Source: a virus. Taken from it: DNA of 64,000 nucleotides. The translations under genes were made by a program, and so were the position numbers. Below the pieces are notes generated by a model that was given only the letters and a program-made list of their open reading frames with translations, had not been told where the DNA came from and did no database searches. Location: IMG/VR virus record IMGVR_UViG_3300045988_143923. One strand, given 5' to 3'. Of this stretch, positions 18,539 through 27,467 are shown piece by piece (the first letter of the stretch is position 1; each line of letters begins with the position of its first letter).

Positions 18539-18718
18539 ATGATTAAGAGACACACGGTAGAAATCATCGAAGAATTGGACAAGGACGGGAAGGTTGTCTC
18601 CCGAACGACGATCACCACGGATGAGACAGACGACAACCATTACGGAAGTTATTATCCACCGATTACGCAGAATCCGTGCTACGCGGAAACGCCGGAGGAC
18701 TCAAAGTACGCTGTATGA
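18539..18718 (+). CDS. small hypothetical protein
   Basis: 59-aa ORF read by hand, with a GGAGGAG RBS. Confidence 0.4.
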   Translation: MIKRHTVEIIEELDKDGKVVSRTTITTDETDDNHYGSYYPPITQNPCYAETPEDSKYAV

Positions 18719-18912
18719 TTCCTAAATTCCCGAACCCTAAGAATCCACGAGATCCCGACTATGTTCCGGAGATTATCGGTCATTGTGAAAACTGCGGCAA
18801 TGAGCTATCTCCGGATTGGGAGCTCTGGAAAGATAAAGACAGCAACCTGTTTTGCTGTGAAGAATGTGCCATCTCGTATAATGGCATCCACGAAATCGAC
18901 GACCTGTTTTGA
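18715..18912 (+). CDS. small zinc-ribbon protein
   Basis: ATG at 18715 (ATGA overlap). Has CENCGNEL...CCEEC. Confidence 0.5.
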   Translation: MIPKFPNPKNPRDPDYVPEIIGHCENCGNELSPDWELWKDKDSNLFCCEECAISYNGIHEIDDLF

Positions 18913-18922
18913 GGTGAAGTGA

Positions 18923-19186
18923 ATGAGTGACGTAGTTAAAATGCCGCCAGAGAAAGAAAAATCGCCCGCCGAGCAAATTAGCGAGGAGTTTAAGGCTCAG
19001 TTGGAACTTCAGTTCCGCAGAGGATTATATACGGGTGTCAGTGCCGTGACCGGCGCTATCAACCAAGAGATTTCTACTTTGGCGAAAAAGCCTAATAAGC
19101 GCCTCGTGGATTATCAGACGGCCTTGGCTAAGATTAGCCGTCTGTGTTCCACGAAACTTAACAATCCTGATAAGCACAAGGAGTGA
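18923..19186 (+). CDS. hypothetical protein
   Basis: 87-aa ORF. Confidence 0.5.
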   Translation: MSDVVKMPPEKEKSPAEQISEEFKAQLELQFRRGLYTGVSAVTGAINQEISTLAKKPNKRLVDYQTALAKISRLCSTKLNNPDKHKE

Positions 19187-19425
19187 TGAGAATGGAAGAA
19201 ATGTCAAAGACCGCGATGGAAACCATCGTAGACTACAACCAGCAGGACGACACAGCACATGTGTTCACCTATGATCCTGCGCTCCAGAAGAAGATGGACA
19301 AGCTCTGCGCCGATCATCCTGATGAAGTTCAGTTAAGCGTTGAGTGCAACGGTTCTAAGAACTACACGTTCCCAAAGAACTGGCTCAAGATTACCGCACC
19401 GCGCAAGAAGAAGGTGACCGCGTGA
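19183..19425 (+). CDS. hypothetical protein
   Basis: 80-aa ORF with overlapping start and stop. Confidence 0.5.
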   Translation: MMRMEEMSKTAMETIVDYNQQDDTAHVFTYDPALQKKMDKLCADHPDEVQLSVECNGSKNYTFPKNWLKITAPRKKKVTA

Positions 19426-20276
19426 ACGTAAAGTTACTCGCTTGGACACCAATGCCGGAACTTGTTGTCGCGGCGGCCGGCAAGGGTTGTTACTCTTCCG
19501 GCACGGCTGCGGATATTCTGGAGGACATTACTCCGGAACAGGCGGCAAAGTTCATCCGACAGATCAAGCGCTCCGGCCATACTTCTGTTCTGGAGCATGC
19601 GTCTTTTACGTTCGGTATCGACGGGGTATCCCGCTCTCTGCTTGCACAGATTACGCGCCATCGTATCGCATCTTTCTCGGTGCAGAGTCAGCGTTATGTC
19701 AATATGGCAAAGCCGGAGTTCGTGATGCCGGAAGCCGTGAAGAATAATCTGGCCGCAAAGCTGATGTTCGAGAACTGTATGGAAACGATCAGAGCAACAT
19801 ACAGCGACATTCATGCAACGCTTATGAGCGAGAAGCTCCGCGAGAAGTATGCACAGTACGCTATCGGCGACTTTAACATTGAGTTCCGCAACAACGGTCA
19901 GTTCTTCTATCTGCAGCTTGACGCCATTATGGAGCAGAAGAAGAACGAGGATGAAGCGCTGTATAAACAGTACAAGAAAGATCGCTCGGCGGCTGAAAAA
20001 TACGCTAACGAGAATGCCCGCTGCGTGCTCCCAAATGCCGCAGGAACGTCGTTCTCTGTAACCATGAATGCACGCGAATTGCTCAGTTTCTTCGCTCTAC
20101 GGTGCTGTAATCGCGCACAGGACGAGATTAGAGAGCTGGCGGAGCAAATGTTAGTTTTATGCCAGAAGGTTGCTCCGACTATCTTTGAAAACGCCGGTGC
20201 GCCGTGTGTTTCCGGCTCCTGTCCTGAGGGTGTCATGACATGCGGGCATCCGAAGACCCGCCAGAAGGGAGAATAA
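19422..20276 (+). CDS. thyX: FAD-dependent thymidylate synthase
   Basis: ThyX signature ITRHRIASFSVQSQRY. Confidence 0.9.
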   Translation: MNVKLLAWTPMPELVVAAAGKGCYSSGTAADILEDITPEQAAKFIRQIKRSGHTSVLEHASFTFGIDGVSRSLLAQITRHRIASFSVQSQRYVNMAKPEFVMPEAVKNNLAAKLMFENCMETIRATYSDIHATLMSEKLREKYAQYAIGDFNIEFRNNGQFFYLQLDAIMEQKKNEDEALYKQYKKDRSAAEKYANENARCVLPNAAGTSFSVTMNARELLSFFALRCCNRAQDEIRELAEQMLVLCQKVAPTIFENAGAPCVSGSCPEGVMTCGHPKTRQKGE

Positions 20277-20277
20277 G

Positions 20278-20817
20278 TTGGCACATATCATTATTGTAAA
20301 TGGGCCCGCGAGAAGCGGAAAGGACACATTTTGTTCTTTGTGCCGAGACCGGGCTTATTTCTACGATATGCTGATCGCACAGATCAGCTCCGTAGATATC
20401 ATCAAGGAAGTCGCTCGACGGCTCGGCTGGAACGGTGAGAAGGACGACAAGTCCAGAAAGTTCTTGTCTGACCTGAAAGATCTGTCGACGCAGTATTCCG
20501 ACGCACCGCTTGAGTATCTGACCAAGGAATTCAATCGGGTGAAGGATCACGACAACGTCATGCTGTTCATGCACATCCGTGAACCGGAGGAGATTAAGCG
20601 AGCCAAGGAACGTTTTGACGCTCTGACACTGCTGATTAAGCGACCGGGTTACGAGCCAATCCAGAGCAACCACGCCGACCGTGATGTTGACCAGTATGAT
20701 TACGATTATACGATTGTCAACAACGGTACGAGGCAGGATCTGGAACAGCAGGCCAGCGATTTCATCGAAAAGGTAAAGGGCGGCTACTTTGAAAAGCGCC
20801 GCGAGGAAGTTAAGTAA
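20278..20817 (+). CDS. P-loop dNMP kinase-like protein
   Basis: N-terminal IIVNGPARSGKDT P-loop, in a nucleotide-metabolism context. Confidence 0.6.
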   Translation: MAHIIIVNGPARSGKDTFCSLCRDRAYFYDMLIAQISSVDIIKEVARRLGWNGEKDDKSRKFLSDLKDLSTQYSDAPLEYLTKEFNRVKDHDNVMLFMHIREPEEIKRAKERFDALTLLIKRPGYEPIQSNHADRDVDQYDYDYTIVNNGTRQDLEQQASDFIEKVKGGYFEKRREEVK

Positions 20818-20829
20818 GGGGGACGAGGA

Positions 20830-22575
20830 ATGACAGTCATCAAACGTGATGGCAGAGAAGTGCCATTTGATAAGGACAAAATTGTTAAGGCAGTGGTGAA
20901 GGCGTTCGTAGATAATGATTACTCTACGGACGTTGCACACCCGGTGGCTGAAAAAATTGCAGACGAGGTTGAAGCAACCAGTAAGAACCTTTCTGTAGAA
21001 GAAATTCAGGACACAGTAGAGAAGAAGCTGATGGCCACTAAGTATAAGGATATCGCCAAAGCGTATATCGAGTACCGACAGCTTCACAAGATGGCTCGAA
21101 GTCAGTATAAGGAGCTGATGCACGCCGTAGCAGAGAAGCTGCAGGCCAAAGATGTCAAAAACCAGAACGCCAATGTTGACGAGATGAGTTTCGGCGGTCG
21201 TGTTGGTGAGGCGAGTGACATCGTAACAAAGCAGTATGCGTTGGAATATCTTGTTTCACCGCTGTCTCGACGTAATCACGAGAACAACGAGATCTACATT
21301 CATGACCTGAACAGTTATGCGGTTGGATCACATAATTGCCTCTCGATTCCATTCGACGACCTGTTGAAAAACGGCTTCAATACCCGCCAGACGGATGTCC
21401 GCCCAGCGCAGAGCGTAAATACTGCATTTCAGCTCGTGGCGGTAATCTTCCAGCTCCAGTCCTTGCAGCAGTTCGGCGGTGTGAGCGCGACACATCTTGA
21501 CTGGACAATGGTTCCTTATGTGCGGAAGTCGTTCTGGAAGCATTTTAAGAACGGCTTGCATTACGTTCAGGGAGAACCGTTCCCAGACGATACTTCATTT
21601 GACCCAGAGCTTTCAATCGATGCAGACATCTATAAAGTAGCCGACGATGCGTATGAATACGCTATCGATATGACTACTAAGGAATGTTATCAGGCTGTAG
21701 AAGGGATGTATCACAACTTGAACACCCTGCAGTCACGCTCCGGCAATCAGCTTCCGTTCACTTCTATCAACTACGGCACTTGCACGTTGCCAGAAGGCCG
21801 GATGGTTACGAAGGCTCTTCTCGATGTGTCTATCAAGGGCATTGGCAAATTGCATCGCACCAGTATTTTCCCATGCGGCATTTTCCAGTGTATGAAGGGC
21901 GTGAATCGCAAGGAAGGCGATCCCAACTACGACCTCTTCCAGCTTGCCCTCAGATCAACCAGCCAGAGACTGTATCCGAACTACGCCAATGTAGATTGGT
22001 CAGGGAATGCAGGCTACGACATCAATGATCCCAGAACGTACTTTAGCACTATGGGGTGCAGGACGGCAAATGGCTGGGACATTAACGGATTCGGTCAGTT
22101 GAAGGACGGTCGCGGCAACATTTGTCCGGTAACTATCATCATGCCTACTTTGGCGATGGAAGTTAAGACCGATATGATTCAGCAGTATGGGGCTGAGGCG
22201 GTCGGCGAAGATGAATCTCATCTCGTTGACAGGTTTATCGGCTTGCTCGACCAGAAGATTCACGAGGCAAAGGATATGCTTTTGGAGCGATTTGACTGGA
22301 TTTGTTCCCAGTCTCCAGAAGCAGCTAAATTCATGTATGAGAACAATGTGATGGCAGGTTATGTGCCGGAAGAGGGAATTCGATCTGCTCTGAAGCACGG
22401 AACGCTTGCTATCGGTCAGATTGGTCTGGCTGAAACCTTGCAGATTCTGATTGGTTGCGACCACACCACAACCGCTGGCATGGAACTCGCCAAGCGAATT
22501 GAACAGTTGTTCAAAAACAGATGCGCTGAGTTCAAGGAAGAATATCATTTGAACTTCGGTGTTTATTTTACCCCT
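20830..22575 (+). CDS. nrdD: anaerobic ribonucleoside-triphosphate reductase, exon 1
   Basis: ATP-cone N-terminus and class III RNR core. The exon ends ...NFGVYFTP at a U that can pair with an intron GGGGG guide sequence. Confidence 0.9.
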
Positions 22576-23658
22576 GAATGTAACATATAACATCTTGCGG
22601 GGGCGTATGTGGTAACACATACTGAAAAAATCGCCTAACTCGGTGAACCTGAAAAGGAATACCGAACTAAGTTCGTTGCTTAAAATTTTTATAGAAAGGA
22701 GGTTATAATATGCCAAATTATATCGAAAAACTGCCTGAAGATGCAGTTCAGGTAAAAAACGCTTTGTGTTGGGTAACCCCTGCTGGGAATCTTTATGGAC
22801 AAGAAACACGAACATTATATAACAAAAAATTAGATAAAAAAATTCCGCACAAACACTATGGAGAGTTCTTCCAGTATAACACCACCGTGAATCGGAGAAA
22901 TGGTTACGTTTATGCACCCATCAAATACATTAAATCAGATGGGACATACGAAATTCGACGTCGCAGGTTGCACATTGTGATTGCGGAAACATTGCTTCCG
23001 AACCCTAATAAATTTCCTATTGTTGGGCACAAAAACAACATCAAAGCAGATATTAGGCTGAGTAATCTGTATTGGACGACAATCTCTGAGAATACAAAAA
23101 AAGCGTTCGACGATGGATTGGCCGTAAATGCAAAAGGTTATGATGACTCTCAATCTATCCCTGTCATAATGTTCAACACTTATACCAACGAAGAGATAGG
23201 AAGGTATGGAAGTGCCAGTGAAGCAGTGCGAGAAACAGGAATCCCTAAAAATACAGTTTTGCGCCAATGCCGGTATAAGAAACCTGTTCGTAAACCATTC
23301 TACTTCCGATTCCAATCAGACCCGTCGGTTGAACCGCCTCAGATTGTTATCCAATACGACTATGAAACAGATCGTGAAATAGGAAGATATTTCAATGTAT
23401 AGGAGGCAGCACGTCAAACAGGCGTGTATTCGAAGGTAGTAGACTACGAATGTAAATTAGGACATAAACCTGTCCGCAAGCCTAAAAATGGCACATATTT
23501 TACGTTCTATCAATCATCAATCTAAAGGCTCTATAAAATTTTAAGCAACGATAAATGCGTGGAGGTCATCGAAATCCGATAAGGTAAAGTAGAGTAGCGC
23601 AAGCGAAAGAGCGAACTCGTATGAAAAATACGATGAAAATATGACCCAAATAAAAATG
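22576..23658 (+). mobile_element. group I intron in nrdD
   Basis: The NrdD reading frame resumes exactly at 23659 (AENLCYTA...). There is a P1 pairing CCCCU/GGGGG, the intron ends in G, and it carries an HNH ORF. Confidence 0.75.
22710..23525 (+). CDS. HNH homing endonuclease with duplicated DNA-binding repeat, interrupted by an in-frame TAG at 23400..23402
   Basis: VGHKNNIKADIRLSNLYW HNH motif. Repeat 1 reads EEIGRYGSASEAVRETGIPKN...KPVRKP. Repeat 2 reads REIGRYFNV-TAG-EAARQTGVYSK...KPVRKP and continues in frame to the TAA at 23523. Confidence 0.7.
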
Positions 23659-24147
23659 GCAGAAAACTTATGTTACACTGCAATGAAGAAATTTCAGGCA
23701 AAGTACGGAACAATTCCGAACGTATCCGACAAGGATTTCTTCACCAATTCCATTCATGTACCGGTGTGGAGAAAGGTCTCCATTTTCGACAAAATCGGTA
23801 TCGAGTCACAGCTGACCGGCTATTCTTCCGCAGGCTGTATCACTTATGTAGAACTGGAATCTACTTGTAAGAACAATATTTCGGCTCTCGAGACCGTCGT
23901 TAATTACGCGATGGATATGGACATCCCGTACTTCGCGGTGAATGTTCCAAACGACCAGTGTATGAACTGCGGCTATTGCGACGAAATCAACGACACCTGT
24001 CCGCAGTGCGGCAGCAAGGACATCAAACGCCTGCGTCGAGTAACCGGCTATCTTACAAACGACTACAAGACCGCATTCAACAAGGGTAAACAGCAGGAAG
24101 TTGAAATGCGAGTAAAACACGACATGGAGGACAAACATTGTATTTAA
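23659..24147 (+). CDS. nrdD: anaerobic ribonucleoside-triphosphate reductase, exon 2
   Basis: C-terminal CMNCGY...CPQCGS zinc site and glycyl-radical motif RRVTGYL. Confidence 0.85.
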   Translation, partial: AENLCYTAMKKFQAKYGTIPNVSDKDFFTNSIHVPVWRKVSIFDKIGIESQLTGYSSAGCITYVELESTCKNNISALETVVNYAMDMDIPYFAVNVPNDQCMNCGYCDEINDTCPQCGSKDIKRLRRVTGYLTNDYKTAFNKGKQQEVEMRVKHDMEDKHCI

Positions 24148-24653
24148 CCGTAGCAGAATTTGACACCGTGAGCTATCCGCAGTTCACGGCAGACGTAAAA
24201 AAATGCAATCCGCTCATTTCGGAGGGTTGCATCGAAGATATGTGGCGCGACCTTGTTTTCCCTGATCGCGCGACTGAAGGCAGTGCAGGATATGACTTCC
24301 GCGTGCCGTATGACATTATCCTTGAACCGGGTGAGTCGGCACTGATCCCGACCGGTATGCGCTGCCAGATCGAAGAAGGCTGGGTGCTGATGCTGTTCCC
24401 GCGTTCCAGCATGGGCTTCAAGTATCGCATGCAACTTGATAATGGCACAGGTATCGTGGACGGGGACTACATTTTCGCCGAGAACGAAGGCCACATCATG
24501 GCAAAGATCACGAACGACAGCCGCGAAGGCAAGACAATGCATCTGCGAGCGGGTGACCGATTCATGCAGGGCGTGTTCGTTCCTTACGGCGTCACGGTTG
24601 ATGACGAACCAAGAGGGAAGAGAACCGGCGGCCTCGGCTCCACTGGCAATTAA
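24138..24653 (+). CDS. dut: dUTP diphosphatase
   Basis: GSAGYDFRV and C-terminal RTGGLGSTG motifs. Confidence 0.9.
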   Translation: MYLTVAEFDTVSYPQFTADVKKCNPLISEGCIEDMWRDLVFPDRATEGSAGYDFRVPYDIILEPGESALIPTGMRCQIEEGWVLMLFPRSSMGFKYRMQLDNGTGIVDGDYIFAENEGHIMAKITNDSREGKTMHLRAGDRFMQGVFVPYGVTVDDEPRGKRTGGLGSTGN

Positions 24654-24708
24654 AAACAACGTGCTTACGACTGCCTTAAAGATCGCAAACAACAAAGAAC
24701 AGCGATTC

Positions 24709-24739
24709 AAGAAGAAAAAAGGAGCGGCTTTGCCGCTCC
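24709..24739 (-). terminator. rho-independent terminator of the small peptide gene
   Basis: GGAGCGGCAAAGCCGCTCC followed by TTTTTTCTTCTT on the minus strand. Confidence 0.55.
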
Positions 24740-24755
24740 AAGCACCGAAGAGACT

Positions 24756-24866
24756 TCAAGTAAGCTGCTCAATGAAGAATTTCAGCGCATCCCAAAGGGC
24801 GGCCGCAAGCACTCCATACGCTACCGTAGCAGCGGAACAGCGAACATTAGATCGAAAATCTCTCAT
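24756..24866 (-). CDS. 36-aa hydrophobic peptide
   Basis: AAAGGAGG RBS, reading MRDFRSNVRCSAATVAYGVLAAALWDALKFFIEQLT, with a dedicated terminator. Confidence 0.35.
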   Translation of the reverse strand: MRDFRSNVRCSAATVAYGVLAAALWDALKFFIEQLT

Positions 24867-24998
24867 AGGAACCTCCTTTTATAGAAGGCGACGCAGTCGT
24901 TAGGGGGCTGCGAAAACCCGCCGGATTGCGGGTGATTCTGGTGGCGCAACACCAATCATACCGCGTTTTCTAAAATTCGCCAAGGTTTGCTGTATCCG

Positions 24999-25024
24999 TA
25001 AAAAAAGGCACCCGAAAGGGTGCC
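24999..25024 (-). terminator. rho-independent terminator
   Basis: GGCACCC-TTTC-GGGTGCC plus a T7 run immediately after the stop at 25025. Confidence 0.7.
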
Positions 25025-25315
25025 TCACCTATTGGGATGGATATACCACACGCCCTCGGGCGTTTTCCAAACCTTCGTCCGATGATTGCCGATTTTAACC
25101 CCGTACTCGGTAGCACGAAGGTCTTTATTGAACATGCAGCCGGTGACGAGACGTATACGATAGCCTTTGTTGAGATAGCTTATCAGCTCTGGTTGTGATG
25201 TGTGCGGATTGAGTGTCACACTAACTTCGGCAAACCCTGCGCGCTGTTCAATCGGCGGCAGAGTAACCGGAGAATACTTTGCATATGCGGCGTTGCCGCT
25301 GATGGGGTCGTACAT
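25025..25315 (-). CDS. hypothetical 96-aa protein expressed from a consensus promoter
   Basis: ORF with a GAGGTGA RBS. No HTH recognised. Confidence 0.6.
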   Translation of the reverse strand: MYDPISGNAAYAKYSPVTLPPIEQRAGFAEVSVTLNPHTSQPELISYLNKGYRIRLVTGCMFNKDLRATEYGVKIGNHRTKVWKTPEGVWYIHPNR

Positions 25316-25332
25316 AGTATCACCTCAAACCC

Positions 25333-25361
25333 ATTATAGAACAAATGTTCGATAAAATCAA
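25333..25361 (-). promoter_or_regulatory. sigma-70-type promoter (TTGATT-17-TATAAT)
   Basis: Read on the minus strand upstream of 25315. Confidence 0.5.
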
Positions 25362-25415
25362 GCGTACAATTAAATAAAGGTTTAGGGCGCTTCGCACCCC
25401 ATTTTTTTCGAATTA

Positions 25416-25444
25416 TTGTAAACCTTATAAAAGTATGCTATTAT
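25416..25444 (+). promoter_or_regulatory. sigma-70-type promoter (TTGTAA-17-TATTAT) for xis/int
   Basis: Read upstream of 25463, divergent from the previous promoter. Confidence 0.45.
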
Positions 25445-25462
25445 AAAGAAAGGTTCTAATAG

Positions 25463-25669
25463 ATGAAAACTTATAAATTGCTGACTGCCGATGAAGTGTC
25501 CAAGTCATTAGGCGTTTCGGTGTCCTATGCTTATAAGATTATCCGCCAGTTGAATGATGAACTTCAAAATCAAGGGTATCTTACAATACATGGGAAAATC
25601 GATTCATCATATTTTCAGAAGCGGTTCTTCCCCTCTTTTGGGAAGGAGGATATTTATGCCTCAGTATAA
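25463..25669 (+). CDS. xis: excisionase-type helix-turn-helix protein
   Basis: LLTADEVSKSLGVSVSYAYKIIRQLNDEL motif, lying immediately upstream of and overlapping the integrase. Confidence 0.6.
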   Translation: MKTYKLLTADEVSKSLGVSVSYAYKIIRQLNDELQNQGYLTIHGKIDSSYFQKRFFPSFGKEDIYASV

Positions 25670-26765
25670 GTACACTACAAAAAAAGGAGTGAAGTGGTAC
25701 TCAAAGTTCAACTATCTCGATGCTCAAACTAATAAGTTTGTAACTACGCTGAAACGTGGATTTTCATCAAAACGAGAGGCGAGAGCGTTTGAAGAAAAAT
25801 TTTTGGATGAGTTAGATTCTCAGTCTCAGTCTTCGACAACGCATACCATAACGGATATTTATAACGAATATCTTTCTTCGTTTAAGCGTTCGGATATGAA
25901 ACAGTCTACTCTGCAGACCAAACGCAACATATTTGCCAGCCATATCGCTCCGTATTTTGAAGGCATCCCAGTTGAAGAAATTACAGCCGCAGACATCGCC
26001 GCATGGCAGAAAAATGTCAAGGAAACAAAAAAGTCAAACGGTCAGCCGCTTTCTCCGGCTTATCTGCGAACGGTACAATCTCAGCTCAACGCTTTGATAA
26101 ACTATGCAAGTGGTAAAGGGTATATTTCTATCAACCCTCTGGTTGACATCAAGAACATGGGAGTGAAAGGTAGACGACTTCTTTTCTGGAGTTACGAAGA
26201 ATATGAAAAGTTTGCATATGAAGCTATGAATTTCCCAACTTACTATTATGCTTATGAAGTCTTATATTGGTGCGGCATTCGAGAAGGCGAATTACTCGCT
26301 CTCACGCGCGAAGATATAGACTTAGACAATCAAACGATTCGTATCAATAAGACATATAGCCGAGTTGGGCGAAAAGACATTATCACAACTCCTAAAACAC
26401 AAAGCTCCGTAAGAACGATTAGCATTCCTCGATTTCTTTGTGATGAATTGACAGAATACTTCGCAATGAAATATGATTTAACGCCAGACCAGCGCATCTT
26501 TGTGTTTACAAAGCACGGGTTATCGAGCAATTTCCATTCTTTGATTGCAAAAGCTAATGTCCCAGATATGCCAATCCACGGATTGAGACATTCTCATGTG
26601 TCCCTTCTTATCAGTAAACAATATAACATTTTTGAAATTTCAAAACGTATTGGCCATAAATCCATCAGTACAACACAAGATATTTACGGCCATTTGTTTG
26701 ACAATGTTCAAAAAGCTATTGCGGACGATCTCAATTCAATGAGGAGTGTTAGAACGGATGTCTAA
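25656..26765 (+). CDS. int: tyrosine integrase (Tn916/phage Int type with arm-binding N-terminus)
   Basis: ATG at 25656 behind a GGGAAGGAGG RBS. Has HGLRHSHVSLL and IGHKSISTTQDIYGHL catalytic motifs. Confidence 0.9.
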   Translation: MPQYKYTTKKGVKWYSKFNYLDAQTNKFVTTLKRGFSSKREARAFEEKFLDELDSQSQSSTTHTITDIYNEYLSSFKRSDMKQSTLQTKRNIFASHIAPYFEGIPVEEITAADIAAWQKNVKETKKSNGQPLSPAYLRTVQSQLNALINYASGKGYISINPLVDIKNMGVKGRRLLFWSYEEYEKFAYEAMNFPTYYYAYEVLYWCGIREGELLALTREDIDLDNQTIRINKTYSRVGRKDIITTPKTQSSVRTISIPRFLCDELTEYFAMKYDLTPDQRIFVFTKHGLSSNFHSLIAKANVPDMPIHGLRHSHVSLLISKQYNIFEISKRIGHKSISTTQDIYGHLFDNVQKAIADDLNSMRSVRTDV

Positions 26766-27090
26766 GAAAAACTGCGATAGAGACGGTCGCGTGAGGACAA
26801 AAACATGTGCGTTTCGCGTTTCACCCAAAGAATATGAACAGATCGAACTGGCTGTTTCTCTCAGTGGAATGATGAAACAAGATTACCTTCTAAACAAAGC
26901 GCTTGATCGGCAATTTGTCATCCAAGGTAATTGTAAGGTTCACCGAGCTGTTTGCGATAGACTCGACGCTTTGTTGATGAAGCTACAAGCATTAAACGAC
27001 CTGAACGGATACAATGACTATTTATCCGCTGATATAAAAATGATTGCACAGCTAATAAAGCAACTGTATTCGTCGGGCGACAGTGAATAA
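26758..27090 (+). CDS. MobC/ribbon-helix-helix-like small protein
   Basis: The reading RTKTCAFRVSPKEYEQIELAVSLSGMMKQDYLLNKAL resembles relaxosome accessory proteins. The similarity is weak. Confidence 0.4.
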   Translation: MSKKNCDRDGRVRTKTCAFRVSPKEYEQIELAVSLSGMMKQDYLLNKALDRQFVIQGNCKVHRAVCDRLDALLMKLQALNDLNGYNDYLSADIKMIAQLIKQLYSSGDSE

Positions 27091-27100
27091 CTTCTTCTTT

Positions 27101-27121
27101 TTTGATACATTTTTTGATACA
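27101..27121 (+). repeat. direct repeats TTTGATACAT x2 (candidate integrase arm sites)
   Basis: Copies at 27101-27110 and 27113-27121. The same pair recurs at 27311-27331. Confidence 0.6.
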
Positions 27122-27310
27122 AAAAAAATGTGTACTCAGAATAACATGGATAATACAAATAATATACCACAAAATATAGAATATATGTGCGTATGGACAC
27201 CACAAGATATATTCTTGAAATTGAGTGGGAATAACCTTCTCTGGCTAACACCTCTTAAAAAGTGACCATATATCTAAGGATTTGGGCATTTTGAAAAACG
27301 TCAAAATTTT

Positions 27311-27331
27311 TTTGATACATTTTTGATACAT
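27311..27331 (+). repeat. direct repeats TTTGATACAT x2 (candidate integrase arm sites)
   Basis: Copies at 27311-27320 and 27322-27331. Confidence 0.6.
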
Positions 27332-27368
27332 GTCAGTAATTTACATCTATTAACAAGACCTAAAAATC

Positions 27369-27401
27369 CCCGCCTGTTTTTGATCGCAGGCGGGTTTTTT
27401 T
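27369..27401. terminator. bidirectional terminator
   Basis: CCCGCCTG...CAGGCGGG hairpin flanked by an A-run and a T7 run. Confidence 0.6.
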
Positions 27402-27435
27402 ATGAATAGATATGTACAAGAAGTGGATAATATTC

Positions 27436-27462
27436 GTAAAAAATGGGGCGCAAACGCGCCCC
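27436..27462 (-). terminator. terminator of the lysis operon
   Basis: GGGGCGC/GCGCCCC hairpin plus a T-run just after the endolysin stop. Confidence 0.6.
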
Positions 27463-27467
27463 AAAAC

